Shown: one piece after another, positions 42,320 to 54,245 of the stretch
How positions within the stretch are numbered: position 1 is the stretch's first letter
How the letters are laid out: each line of letters begins with the position of its first letter
Assembly: GCF_023055435.1 (NCBI RefSeq)
Contig: NW_025963791.1
Span: forward strand, 18,910,001-18,974,000
DNA length: 64,000 nucleotides
Reading direction: 5' to 3'
Source: Haliotis rufescens
Lineage: Eukaryota
The notes under the pieces: model-generated
Database searches by the model: none
Told to the model about the DNA's origin: nothing
What the model saw: the letters and a program-made list of their open reading frames with translations, nothing else
Program-made: the position numbers and the translations under genes

Positions 42320-42868
42320 TAGCTTTGACTTTGTTCTATCGGTCGGTGGTGCTTCACCAGGCAATGTCAGTAGCTCGGACGTTGTTCTATCAGTCGTGGT
42401 GCTTCACTAGGGAATGTTGGTAGCTCGGACGTTGTTCTATCAGTCGTGGTGCTTCACTAGGGAATGTTGGTAGCTCGGACGTTGTTCTATCAGTCCGTGG
42501 TGCTTCACTAGGGAATGTTGGTAGCTCGGACGTTGTTCTATCAGTCCGTGGTGCTTCACTAGGGAATGTTGGTAGCTCGGACGTTGTTCTATCAGTCGTG
42601 GTGCTTCACTAGGGAATGTTGGTAGCTCGGACGTTGTTCTATCAGTCCGTGGTGCTTCACTAGGGAATGTTGGTAGCTCGGACATTGTTCTATCAGTCGG
42701 TAGTGCTTCACCAGCCGATGTTGGTAGCTCTGACATTGATCTTTTGGTCGGTGGTGCTTCACCAGTCAAGTTGGTAACGCTTACATTGATCTATCGGTGG
42801 GTAGTGCTACACCAGCCCATGTTGGTAGCTTTGACATTGTTCTATCAGTCGGTGGTGCTTCACCAGCA
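42320..42868. repeat. 50/51-bp minisatellite, ~11 copies
   Basis: Unit tagctcggacgttgttctatcagtc(c)gtggtgcttcactagggaatgttgg. Confidence 0.95.
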
Positions 42869-43592
42869 ATATTATTTTCTCAGAAAATCCACATATCAAA
42901 TCAAACTTGGCACTGCACCTCTCCCATTGATATAGAAAGTGTTCACCAAGTTTGAAAAGATTCTATGCTGTAGTTTTCAAGTTATAGGTTGCACACAAAA
43001 ATGTCCCCGGAAGGATGGACATAATTCCATTGTATAACTATATACTCCCGCCCTTGCCAGGATGGTGACATGTGACATGCTTCACTTAATTTCCAAGAAT
43101 GTTACTCTCATATCACTGCACCTGGACAAGACTTAAACCTACCATAAATGGGCATTTCAATGTTAGATTGAAGACATTTAAGCAATGACACTATGAACTT
43201 TTAGAGTATTGCTTACCAGAATCTGCATTATGCATTGATGCATAACATGCAATCTACAGTTTTGATAGGTATAATTATTCAAATAGCAATACTGGTGTGC
43301 TCCATTAGTGTGAAGTACCATTCCCAGTTTGAATGGTGTGAAACGTAATATTTTGCATCAAGTAAAACACAAAATACCCCACATTGAAAAGGGTAATTTG
43401 ACATTACATATGGTTAATATTGCGTTGCTCTGACTGCTCCAGCAAAGATAAAAAACAAAACTTGTGATACTTAACACTTGGTTTATTTTCTCCTGACAAG
43501 GAGAGAACATCAATGTTCAATGTTCATCTACACATCATATTCACAGATAGGAAGAGGGCTTCCTTATAGTCTCACACACACGCACACACACA

Positions 43593-43727
43593 CTAGTCAC
43601 TGCTGGGCTGCACCTGTGCCAGGTACTCTGCATATGTTATACTGGGACCATGCTTGGCCGGATCATAGAACTTCTTCTGGATAAACTTCCTTCCCGAGTA
43701 GCCGCACACGCCAAATTCATTCTTATC
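43593..43727 (-). CDS. NDUFS6: NDUFS6 exon 4 (terminal)
   Basis: TTGCAG|DKNEFGVCGYSGRKFIQKKFYDPAKHGPSITYAEYLAQVQPSSD-TAG; AATAAA on the minus strand at 43482-43487. Confidence 0.9.
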   Translation of the reverse strand, partial: DKNEFGVCGYSGRKFIQKKFYDPAKHGPSITYAEYLAQVQPSSD

Positions 43728-44290
43728 CTGCAAAAATATAAAGACTTACCATATAGTGGATTGTGTAATATAACCCAATCTAACCACCATCCAAAAATTA
43801 TGCAAATGAAAAACATTTGATAGGTTCTTTCCAATGTATGAGTGCTTATGGCAAACAAATATGGCTGTAAATAATTTGGAATTATATTATACATGGGGTG
43901 TTCCATTGAGATATTGTATTCCTACAGTTACTGTATGATAAAAATTATATACAATTCATGTTCTAACACTGCAAAAAGGCAACAGTAACAGTAACTCCTA
44001 ATGTGCTATACAGTAACCAGTACCTATGACACACATACAGTGTCCGAAAAGAACTGCTTGCCAGCCTGCCTGTGGCTTGCAACCTTTCTGCCAGGCTGCA
44101 TGGAATCTTCCTCAACCTTTCTGGCAGATAATATTAAGACTATTTACATATTCAGTTTTATTATAACTCCTTGTAGGTTCTCAAGTAATTGTTTGTGTTA
44201 TTTCAACTGAATCAAGATGTGAATTACCTCTTATTTCTGGTGGCGATCTTTCAATATTAATAATGTCTGAATGAGGGCAGGTTAGTTTGA

Positions 44291-44570
44291 GTGTGTGAGT
44301 GAGTTGGGTTTAACGCCGCTTTTAACATTATTCCAGTTATATCACGGCGTGTCAGCTTAATGTGGGAGGAAAGCCCGAAGTGATGCAGGTCTCGGACGTT
44401 TACCACTTCGGTGAAACCCACGAGCACGGGTATGGTGCTGACAAACCTAGAAACATAATCGGGGCGAACCGGGATTCGAACCCACAATCATAGGTTTCTG
44501 GGGTGCCCAAGGGACGCAACTCTGCACAGCGAATTGCGGCGCCTTAGACGACTGGGCCACCCGTGCCCCC
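44291..44570 (-). mobile_element. SINE family D, full length, in NDUFS6 intron 3
   Basis: 13-bp TSD caggttagtttga (44278-44290 and 44571-44583); A box TGGCCCAGTCGT, B box GGTTCGAATCCC. Confidence 0.92.
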
Positions 44571-45520
44571 CAGGTTAGTTTGAAGATGGTTAGGCAACAC
44601 TTATGGGTCAGTCACCTGCACGACCGTATTTTGGGGTTTTAAACATATTTCAAACATTGCACACAAAACCAATGAAGTAGATAGTTCCAAGGTTTCACTG
44701 GCCCACATAAAAATGGACCAGAAATATCACAAATAATGTTTTCAAGAGTCTATGTAGAAACTGGGAATGACCAATAAAGGTCTATTAAATACTTCCGACT
44801 TTATTTCATTTCCTGCATTGAAGTATTTCTCACAATCTTGCCACCAATACCACAAAATAACGTGAACTCAAATTCACTCAATGTTCCCATGACAGCAAGT
44901 CAAATCACCCCTTCTTGTAGTGTAAGTGTGAGCGAATGTTGTCTTTCATCACACTGTTCCAACTTATGAACTATATCATGAAACCTGGTACATCGTTAGT
45001 TGGGGCAAGCAAACCATAGGTTGATAGCATGAGCTACTATACAGGTTTGTGATGACAGATGCCATGCCAGGGGCGTGACAAAGACGTCAGACCAACATAG
45101 CCCACTTGCACAGACATTTTAGCCCTAAGACTATCGTAAGCCTATGTTAAAGTATGGGAGTTACGATCATCTTAGCAGTAGGATTGCTTTGTGCAAGTGG
45201 GTCCCAGTCTATTCTGCCCAGTTATCCCAATATGATTACAAGAAATATAACATGAGAAGAATATGCTCTTTGTTTTTCGTTAACACTGTACTGTGCTATA
45301 TTCCAGCAGCCTGTAAGTAATCAAATCTGGACCAGACAAACCAGTGAATATTATTATAATGCCTCATACCATCGGGGCACGATGACACAAAATCAAACAA
45401 GACATCAAGAATGACCACACGCTCCATTTAGTCGCCTCTTATAACAAACATAGATTGCTGGGGACCTATTCTAACCTTGAATCCCTAATATGAGAATAAC
45501 TAAAGACCAGAAACACAGAC

Positions 45521-45640
45521 CAGGTTAATGTAGACCTTGGGGTGTCCCAGTGCTCCACCACTGTCGCTCCACACATTGCGTGCCTCCACCACCACTACAG
45601 GATCTTCCGCTATCAGGTTCACAGCGAACTGCTCATTCAC
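45521..45640 (-). CDS. NDUFS6: NDUFS6 exon 3
   Basis: TTCCAG|[40 protein letters not shown]|GT; [13 protein letters not shown] is the NDUFS6 signature; 120 nt. Confidence 0.95.
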
Positions 45641-46147
45641 CTGGAAATATACACAGAGAAGTGCACCACTCAACACTTAACATGCTAAATAGGACAGATT
45701 TTCAAAATGACCTCAACAATTCTATTAATATTCAATTTTAGATAGCTATGCGATACATTGTAAAGAACAATAAAGAACAAAGCATGGTTTATTTCACTAT
45801 AAAACATTGTGACCGCATGACCATCATGACCTCATTGCTACAGATTCAAATATGCGCTTGCAACTTGATGACGCCATATATTGGATGACGTTATTTTTGA
45901 GAGGGAAGTATCTGGTAAGTTGTTCCCCATAGGTGTAGTTGCACCACGTGTATAACACAGTGGCCGTACAATCGCATCCCAAAGTGGGAGAGATTTGACA
46001 ATTGGTATTAGGAGAAAAGGTACAGATAATCGACGTGAGGATTGTGAGAATATGCAGGAAATACCAAACATAATCCCCCTGTTGGTAATATGGACTTGTC
46101 TGACATGTCCGAGGTCAGATTCTATTCAGGGGGGCTGTACATAATTG

Positions 46148-46292
46148 TAAGGAAGAAACGACTCGTGGTCGTTGTTTATCATACAAAAAAACACTGCAGG
46201 GAGAATAAACAACTGAGGGCTGTGCCCCTCATGGTTTATTCTCCCTGCAGTGTTTCAATGTACAATAAACGCTCCCCCTCGTCGTTTACTTA
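46148..46292. mobile_element. Foldback/hairpin element in NDUFS6 intron 2
   Basis: aaacactgcagggagaataaac ... gtttattctccctgcagtgttt perfect 22-bp inverted arms, with looser outer pairing. Confidence 0.7.
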
Positions 46293-46664
46293 TGAATTAA
46301 AGAGAAAAATGTTGAAGATATACATATGGATATGCTATAAAATGTTCAAATACTATTTGTATCTCACAAAATGACACTACAAATCATCATGATACGGATA
46401 AATGCCATGCACCAATCGACAGTTTGATCAGTTTCAGCCACTTGAGAAAGATTTCATTGTTTCATTCTATATTTCTACCATACCATATTCTTTACCTTTT
46501 TTTCTTTTCAACAGTAAGCTTTTTAACTGTGTATCACCGATCACATGCTCAATGTATTGTAATCAGCAAGATCAGTTTATATCAGCAAGAGTGTAGCATA
46601 AGGTACAACATCATGCTAAGTGTCAACTCACAGAAATTAAATGTTTGATTTTTCTCTATCTTAC

Positions 46665-46718
46665 CATCTTGTCCTTGTCAACAAATCTCACACGCCGGTA
46701 GTCTCCCCTTTCCCATAC
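46665..46718 (-). CDS. NDUFS6: NDUFS6 exon 2
   Basis: TTTCAG|VWERGDYRRVRFVDKDKM|GTAAG; matches the conserved DYRRxRF motif; 54 nt. Confidence 0.93.
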
Positions 46719-47986
46719 CTGAAACATACAACACTGTCTTGAACAAAAACATGGCTAAATATGCTCAAGGAACGGTCTTAAACATATCCGTACCACAAAC
46801 AAATCTAAACCATATCAATCTGAGTGAGTGAGTTAAAGTTTAACGTCACATCGGCAATATTTTAGCCATATCGTGACGAATATCAATCTGAAGAATGATG
46901 AATACACTGACATTATTGCAGACATACTGACACAATACATGTAATCACTGATGCAAGAATCTTCGGTGAATGCATATTGTGTTAAAACAATGGGAAAATT
47001 TGTACTAGCCTGCAGCAATTTGTACCTAGCCGCGGGTTAGACGGCTAGTGTTAAAGGAACAGCACATCAACGGTTGTGTTAGTTACCAAATCATGCATGA
47101 AATAATTTCTGAGTGTGATGTCACATGCCTGGTTCAATTCTCATTCCAAAACAATAGAGCGATGTGCAGAGTAAACTGGCTTCAGTCTTGTTTTTTAATA
47201 GAGGCAAATCGAAGAGAAAGCTTGTGTATGTTTTTTTTATGTCTGAGTTACAAAACTACTAAATGTCAGCTTGTAACATGTGTAAGTGCCAGTGTGTATT
47301 GAAGCCCAGGTTACAATTAAAATATGCTTTGGTCGTATGAAGCCAATCACTTTCCTACCCAGAGTTCAGTGTGGCCAGGAGGGGTTATTGGCTAGTTTAC
47401 AAACAAAACTTCAGAACGGTTGACGTCCTGTCCCTCTAAGTTCTAACCCTGACAGTGCAACATCCCATGACACTGGTGTAGGATGATGACAGAACAATCA
47501 CCCAGATCACCTAAAAGCTGACTGGTGATTCAATTAAAAACTCCCTCTACAGAATGAGGTTGGAGGGTCATATTCTATTGGGTAACCACTGACAGCATTT
47601 AGTTCCTGTGTGGAGAATTTCAGCTCTAGTACCTACTTTATTCCAAGGACAATGTAAATATTTCAATCAGGTTTTTTACATAGAAGTTTGTGTAAACATG
47701 TATTTCGCTGAGAAACAGCTAGAAATTAAAAACCTAGCAAATACCATGTTTACAGGCTTAGTTTTAGCTATACATTCTCATTTAATTATATCTATGTATA
47801 TATGTTGGAGTTGAACATGTGTGAATGCACGTATACGTTAATACGCTAAATGTTAAAAGGTTATAAACTAAAATCAGAATATATAAACTGAACAGTGACA
47901 TTCTCGAACCCAGTTCACCTGACTTGTTACTGGAACGTTTGCATTCTCACAAATGAATATCTAAGATCATATCGTATTCATTATAC

Positions 47987-48109
47987 CTGTCCTGTGTGTG
48001 TTTTTTCATCCACGTGAGACTGAGATCCGAGAGTTTTTGGAGTGGATGAGAATGCCCGACAAACGATTTGTCGACCGACATTCAGTCCTGCCCTTGACAA
48101 GGCAGCCAT
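47987..48109 (-). CDS. NDUFS6: NADH:ubiquinone oxidoreductase subunit S6, exon 1 (mitochondrial presequence)
   Basis: MAALSRAGLNVGRQIVCRAFSSTPKTLGSQSHVDEKTHTGQ|GTATAA: Arg/Ser-rich presequence and the conserved THTGQ motif; 41 codons, phase 0. Confidence 0.92.
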
Positions 48110-48957
48110 TTTGAATGCAGTCAAACGAAGGGGAGTAACTCTGATTTCTTAATGTACACGTATTTTGTTCATCCGAGCAAGCCAATGTAATCTCAGGTTC
48201 GAATCGGGTGACAACAAAAGAGCAAGCGCAATATTTTATGGTACATTTTTGTATGGGGTGTGTAAAACAATAAAAGTAGATAAGCATACGGATATTTACA
48301 ATGTTTATCAAAGTTCAAATGTACCATTCAATGTTCTTAGCGATTGTATTTTCATATCGGTGCTGCTAGAAATGTGAAGATTCAGACCACCACGCTCTGT
48401 TGTCGTCTGCATTAATAGCTCAATTTAGGCCTTTTCATATTATATTTGAAGCAGAAATACATATCCTGGCTGAACAGGCCCAATGCAGACGTTTACTTAC
48501 TTAGCAATATGTTCATTTAGCACATTTACATGCACTAGTTGAAGGGAAGATTCACAGAATCATATTTGCTTGCTTGATGTTTAACGCCGCACTCGATACT
48601 ATTCCAGATATTGCCATGACTGAAGGACGTCTGTAAATAGCCAGGTCAGGACTAGACAATAAGTGATTGATATTAGGAGCAATAACCCACACCGTGTTGG
48701 CATAGTGACACACAATCAACCATATCCCTTTCGTTACCTCGCACAGCAAACAAAATAATGTAAGTAGCTGGGGATCCATCTAATCTGGAATCTCCACGGG
48801 GCCATTACCACAAGAACTATCTCGCCACCCTGATGTTCCACGACCAACTGTATAATCTCTTGTATTGTATGTATTGTCATGGTTGTAGGTGTAGGATATG
48901 CAGTATTGTGTCGTGTACATGATGTAATATGTTTAGTGACACTGTTTATCTAATATG

Positions 48958-49039
48958 TAGACTGGTTCCCGTTCGTTCCTTTGATTGAAAAGCGGAACAA
49001 GTGCAGCGACACCAAGCGGAGGATCCGGGAACCAGTCTA
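48958..49039. mobile_element. ~80-bp mini-MITE
   Basis: TIR tagactggttccc / gggaaccagtcta. Confidence 0.65.
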
Positions 49040-49894
49040 ATATAATATGTCACCCAAGCACACACCCATCTTTGTTTCCGAATTGTATTTCAAGGGCTCC
49101 TTTAAAATAAGCAACATTTTATCTCCATCCTAGCTAGCCGCGCCAACACTAGCATGGTCTATGGGGATTATTGAACCAAGATATATTTCTAGATATATCT
49201 GTTTAAAATTACAATGATAAAAATTAACATTGGAAAATTTAATTCCAATATCTAGAAAAAAAAGAGAAATTAGGAATAGTATTTAACGATGAACACGCTT
49301 ACACATAAAACACGCTAACTGGTATTATTGACATGTACACGCATAATGTCATGTTACTTTGCTAATTTTATTAACTTGCCTTAAAAAGGCTGGTGAAGGA
49401 ATGTGTGGAATCTATCCCCTATCCGTAAAGAGATATTAACATCTGGTAAGAAATAATTTAGAAGTCTTTCATTCTCAAAACGACGAACGATATTGATGAG
49501 AATTTCATAATTAAACACGATTTTAAACAGGCAGACATATAGTGATTTTACGTGCGCATCCCGGGTGAAACCGGGGATTATTCTATTTTTTTACGAACCA
49601 TTATGATTTTGAAGAATGAAAGTTGTCTAGTTTTGATGAAATACTACATAATATCATAATCATATATCAGTAAAGATACCAAGTATAATGGTCCCTTGTG
49701 TGTCCAAAATAACGATACCAGGCACAGCCAGAATGAATCGACATCGTAATATTGCGACACAATAGAGGTAAAACAGAAAATGTTACAGACAAAACACCCG
49801 ACACTTAGCCATCACTTTCTGTCGGCTTCATCGTCATTAATTCTGAAAAATATGAATTTGTTTCGCTTCAGGTATTGTTCAATGTGCAAAGACG

Positions 49895-50337
49895 ATGATT
49901 GTGGGTTCGAATCCCGGTTCGTCCCGATTATGTTTCTAGGTTTGTCAGCACCATACCCATGCTCGTGGGTTTCACCGAAGTGGTAAACGTCCGAGACCTG
50001 CATCACTTCGGGGTTCTCGGTGGTCTAGTGGTAGAGCGTCCGCCCGGAGAGCGTAGGGTCCGGGGTTCGATCCCCGGACGCGTCATACCAAAAGACGTTA
50101 AAAGATGGCGCTCGGCATTAAGGGGCTAAAACAAGGACTGGTCGGCTCAGTATTCTGTGGGGTATTCATGTTAAACTGAGGCATGGTATCTCAGTGGGAT
50201 AGCACTATAAATCGGCACCAGCCCGGACAAGTACAAGCAGACACACACATATACACACACACGTGAGCATGCACATCGCTATATAAGTGAAAATATCTTC
50301 GACGCGACGTTAAAACCCCATTTTACCTTCACCTCAC
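49895..50337 (+). mobile_element. Family D internal fragment joined to a family C SINE
   Basis: 49895-50012 matches the D body; 50017-50337 matches C with internal deletions. Confidence 0.8.
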
Positions 50338-51548
50338 TATACGCCTCTATTATACGCCTTAGCAAATGCTTAGCACTCCTAAATTGAAAACTATATATTG
50401 ACAATATGTCATGATTAGGCTGCGACACCTGAGTGGAATATTTCTAAAAGCGGCGTAAAACCCGATTCACTCACTCCTAGAAATTCGTGTGACGTTGGAC
50501 GCCTGACGGAAGTGTTTGAAAACGTTATATGAGTTGTTGACCAGGCGTCTGTCATCTTGAAATGAAAACAAAAGACCACCATGGTATTATGCTTCAGAAG
50601 TTAATTTTCAAAAAAGCCTTATGAGATAAACGATTTGGTAAGATTTTTTTCAGTGTTTACAACATAAAAATGAAATAGTTCACATGCAATAAGGTAGTTG
50701 GTGTTTAAGTGAGTGAAAGCTGTTTAACGCCAATATCAGTCATATCACGGCGGTCTGTAAGTATTCGAGTGTGGACAGGACGAACCAGTGATTGAAAGTT
50801 TGAGCAACACTCCACGCCAGCGGGGGTCACGATGACCAGCTACATGGCATGCAACAGAACCTGTCCATCTGATCATGGACAGCATGAAGCACCGAGGGCA
50901 TTTTCTGACCAGGAATCCCCACAGGGTGGATGGTCCTTAATCTCTCCTTATATGTTTATTACTTCAATGTACTGGCGGTGCACTGTGCCTTCTAATGCCA
51001 CTCTGTGACATTCAATGTCAACCATCATCAATATTTCACGGAGTTACATAGTGTAAACAAACCTGTAAAGTAATAACGATGACATATAACCCGAACCTCA
51101 TAATTCTTTACTCAAACTAGTGAAACAGTTCAATTTTAAGGTTTCAATATTCAATTCTATATTCAGATAAATAAAAATGGACTAAGCCATTTTCATAATC
51201 AAAAGAAATCTCTGCTATAAGCAGAGTCCATTGTATAATTCTGACCATTGTTTTCATCACAAGCATGTGTTTATACCAGGTGTTCGCGAAAAGGTGAGCC
51301 TATCCTGTCCACCGGTTGCACACTCGACACAAACACATGCAAAGGTAAGTCAATTGTCCGCCTGGAAAGACACGGAAACACCTGGTACAAATCAAAATAA
51401 GGAATTGCATCGAACATAATTTTTGTCACTGATGCGACACATTTGGAAATATCCTCCACGTCTTCCGTAACACTTTTTGAAAGCTTTACTCACGCCTGAA
51501 ATGTTGCAGCCAAATGTATTCAAACCTTGTTTCATTACCATCATCTCA

Positions 51549-52088
51549 TTATCCAATGATAGCTCCCCCGCAATTAAACCGGATATTGCTGGTGGTGTGG
51601 GCATCGATATGAAAGTCTGCTTGAGCTGCGCTGGAGATGCATTTGCCGCCAATCTTGAAGTTGTTGAACTGCCAGTTGGTGACTCTGGCTCCAGAATTCC
51701 CTGCTATTTCGTTATGGAGACTGTCGTGGCCAGGCTGGGAGTCCACAGACAGGTTTATAATGTGGACGTTGGAAGCCGTCCCCGATGCCCCGTTGGCCAT
51801 CTTCCAATACACAATACGTGGACAAGACCCTTCTACCCTAATGTTGGTGAAGACGATATCACTCATGGCGAAATGCTTTGTGTTACCAGCCAGGTCGAAG
51901 ACTGCGTCGTTGTCGCTGATGTGACAGTTGGAACCTTTGAAAGTGCACCAGTCGGTGTGAATGACGTCGATGTCACTGATCCTGACTTTCTTCATATCTC
52001 TGCCGCTCCACCATCCGTTCTGGAAGACAGCCCCGTTCTGCATCTGCCAGATGACGACCCTCCGTGCCACCATGTTGTCTGTATATAC
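51549..52088 (-). CDS. GH49 gene A exon 2 (spliced product 483 aa)
   Basis: TTCAG acceptor; VYTDNMVARRVVIWQMQNGAVFQNGWW...ISDIDVIHTDW beta-helix repeats; ends FNCGGAIIG-TAA. Confidence 0.88.
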   Translation of the reverse strand, partial: VYTDNMVARRVVIWQMQNGAVFQNGWWSGRDMKKVRISDIDVIHTDWCTFKGSNCHISDNDAVFDLAGNTKHFAMSDIVFTNIRVEGSCPRIVYWKMANGASGTASNVHIINLSVDSQPGHDSLHNEIAGNSGARVTNWQFNNFKIGGKCISSAAQADFHIDAHTTSNIRFNCGGAIIG

Positions 52089-52244
52089 CTGAATACAATA
52101 AGCACGCTCCAGTTTGGTTTCTAAATTACTCGAATGGGAGTTACATTTGCCACACCATCCCATGTTCTAGATTATTTGTTGGGTGTAATTGAAATTAATT
52201 GAAGATAGGGGAAACCCTGGTCATCCTGACAGTGCCTATCCTTG

Positions 52245-53075
52245 TAAAACCCATTTCACCTGTCGCTACTGTTCCCAGTAAAACCATGTTTCTTCACCAG
52301 TACCGATCCCAGTAAAACCATCCTTGTCCGTCATTATTTTTCCCAGTGAAACCCTGTTCACCCATCAGTACTTTTCTTAGTAAAAACGTGTTCACCTGTC
52401 GTTATTTTCCCAGTAAAACAATCTTCACATGTCGTTTATTTTCCCAGTAAAACCCTGTTTATCTGTCTTTTTTTCCCCCAGTACGTCCCCTCTTGACCTG
52501 TCGTTTATTTACCCAGTAAAACCCTTTTCACCTGTCGTTTATTTTCCCAGTAAATCCATGTTGACCTGTCGTTTATTTTTCCCAGTACGTCCCCTCTTCA
52601 CCTGTCATTTATTTCCCAGTAAAACCCAGTTCACCTGTCGCTACTGTTCTCAGTAACCCATGTTTATTCACCAGTACCGATCCCAGTGAAACCCTGTTCA
52701 CCCGTCAGTACTTTTCCCAGTAAAACCATGTTCACCTGGCGTTTATTTTCCCAGTTAAACCCATGTTCTCCTTTCGTTTATTTCCATAGTAAAACCCTGT
52801 TCACCTTACGTTTATTTTCAAAAAAAAACCCTGTTCACCTGTCGTTTATTATCCCAGTAAAACCCTGTTCACCTGTCGTTTATTTTCACAGTAAAACCCT
52901 GTTGACCTGTCGTTTATTTTTCCATTAAAAAGCTTTTTACCTGTCGTTTATTTACCCAGTAAAACCCTTTTCACCTGTCGTTTATTTTCCCAGTAAAACC
53001 AGGTTCACTTGGTGAGTACTTTTAACAGAAAACCCATGTTGATCCGTCAGTACTGTTTCAAGTAAAACCCTGTTT
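52245..53075. repeat. ~34-bp degenerate minisatellite filling the GH49-A intron
   Basis: cccagtaaaaccctgttcacctgtcgtttatttt-like units. Confidence 0.92.
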
Positions 53076-53333
53076 ATCTATACGTTAAAATATCGACTTC
53101 ACCAATCATCGCTACAAAATAGATATTTAATATTATGTAAAAGTTTCTCACACTACTTCATAATTCTGAGTCTCCAGACTATCACATATTCCCGAGATTG
53201 TTTGATTTTGATAACAGAACACGATTTGCATTATGTGAGAGAGACACCTATCAACGCCCCTTCGGTATTGCCAATGCTAATTTACTGCTCAAGCAGAGAT
53301 CCAAGAAATGTCGACATAACAAAAATCACAAAC

Positions 53334-54245
53334 CTTCAGGGCATCATCGTTTGCCGAGATGAAGCAGTCCTCGACCAGTCCATCATGACCAATACCAATA
53401 CCATCGGAATTATAGGCCCACGACCCAACCATCTTCACATCACGGACGGTATTGTGATCGCTCAGTCCGCGGTAGAAGTATTTCACAGGATCAACCATAA
53501 TGATACCCTCAACTACGTGAGAATGTCCCTTATCAATGTCGATCATGGCCCACTGAAATCTTGGATCGTGCCACGTGTATGTAGCAGTGGAGAGTATTCC
53601 TCTGCCATAGATCTTCACTGGTTGATTCCCGGTGGTCTTAAATCCTCCTTGAACATACGCCCCTGGTGCTAAATATACTTCTTTTATGTGAGAATCCAAT
53701 TGTTTTGGGCCATGCAGATTGTGTATCCCTACGTCATAATACAGAACAGAGTTGTCGTTCTTGTTTGGCTTATGTGTCTCAGGCGGATCTGCGAACACAA
53801 GGAGCCTGTCTGTTATGTCTGGGCCTCCATCACTGCTGCCGTAGTCATAGTCAAATTCTACGGACATCCACTTCTTGGTGTTGGACACGGTGAATTGGGC
53901 AACCTTGGTTCCTGTTCTGCGGCAGTGGTAGGTGTAGCTCTTGGGTCTGACGATGCAGTTGTGGAAGTCGCGCTGGGTGTGGACCTCCACTGTCACGGCA
54001 CCGCCAGTGAAGGAAAACGACGTGAACGACATCGATCGTCCTGGGTGTGCAGATGATGTTTCGTGGGAACGTTTGTCAGAGGTGGTAATGTAAGTGAAAC
54101 TGTCATGTTTTCTTCCACCTTGACTCACATACACCTTGAATTTGTTGGAAGCTGGGGGACCACTGGCGTGTGGGTATATGATGACGTTTCCCGTCGCCTC
54201 GTTGGCGAGGATGACGAGAACGACCCAAACACAGAGACCGACCAT
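53334..54245 (-). CDS. GH49 (dextranase/isopullulanase-like) secreted glycoside hydrolase, gene A exon 1
   Basis: Signal peptide MVGLCVWVVLVILANEATG. Motifs MSVEF, LLVFADP, VYLAPGAYVQG, GRGILS, YNSDG and FISANDDALK parallel fungal Dex49A (VYLAPGAYVKG, GHGILS, QTDG, NDDAIK catalytic Asps). 304 codons, then a GT donor at phase 0. Confidence 0.88.

Noticed and set aside
42440-42769. Mucin-like Pro/Thr/Ser ORF (SELPTFPSEAPRTDRTT)
   Set aside because: Alternating 50/51-bp units shift the frame, and no splice context is evident.
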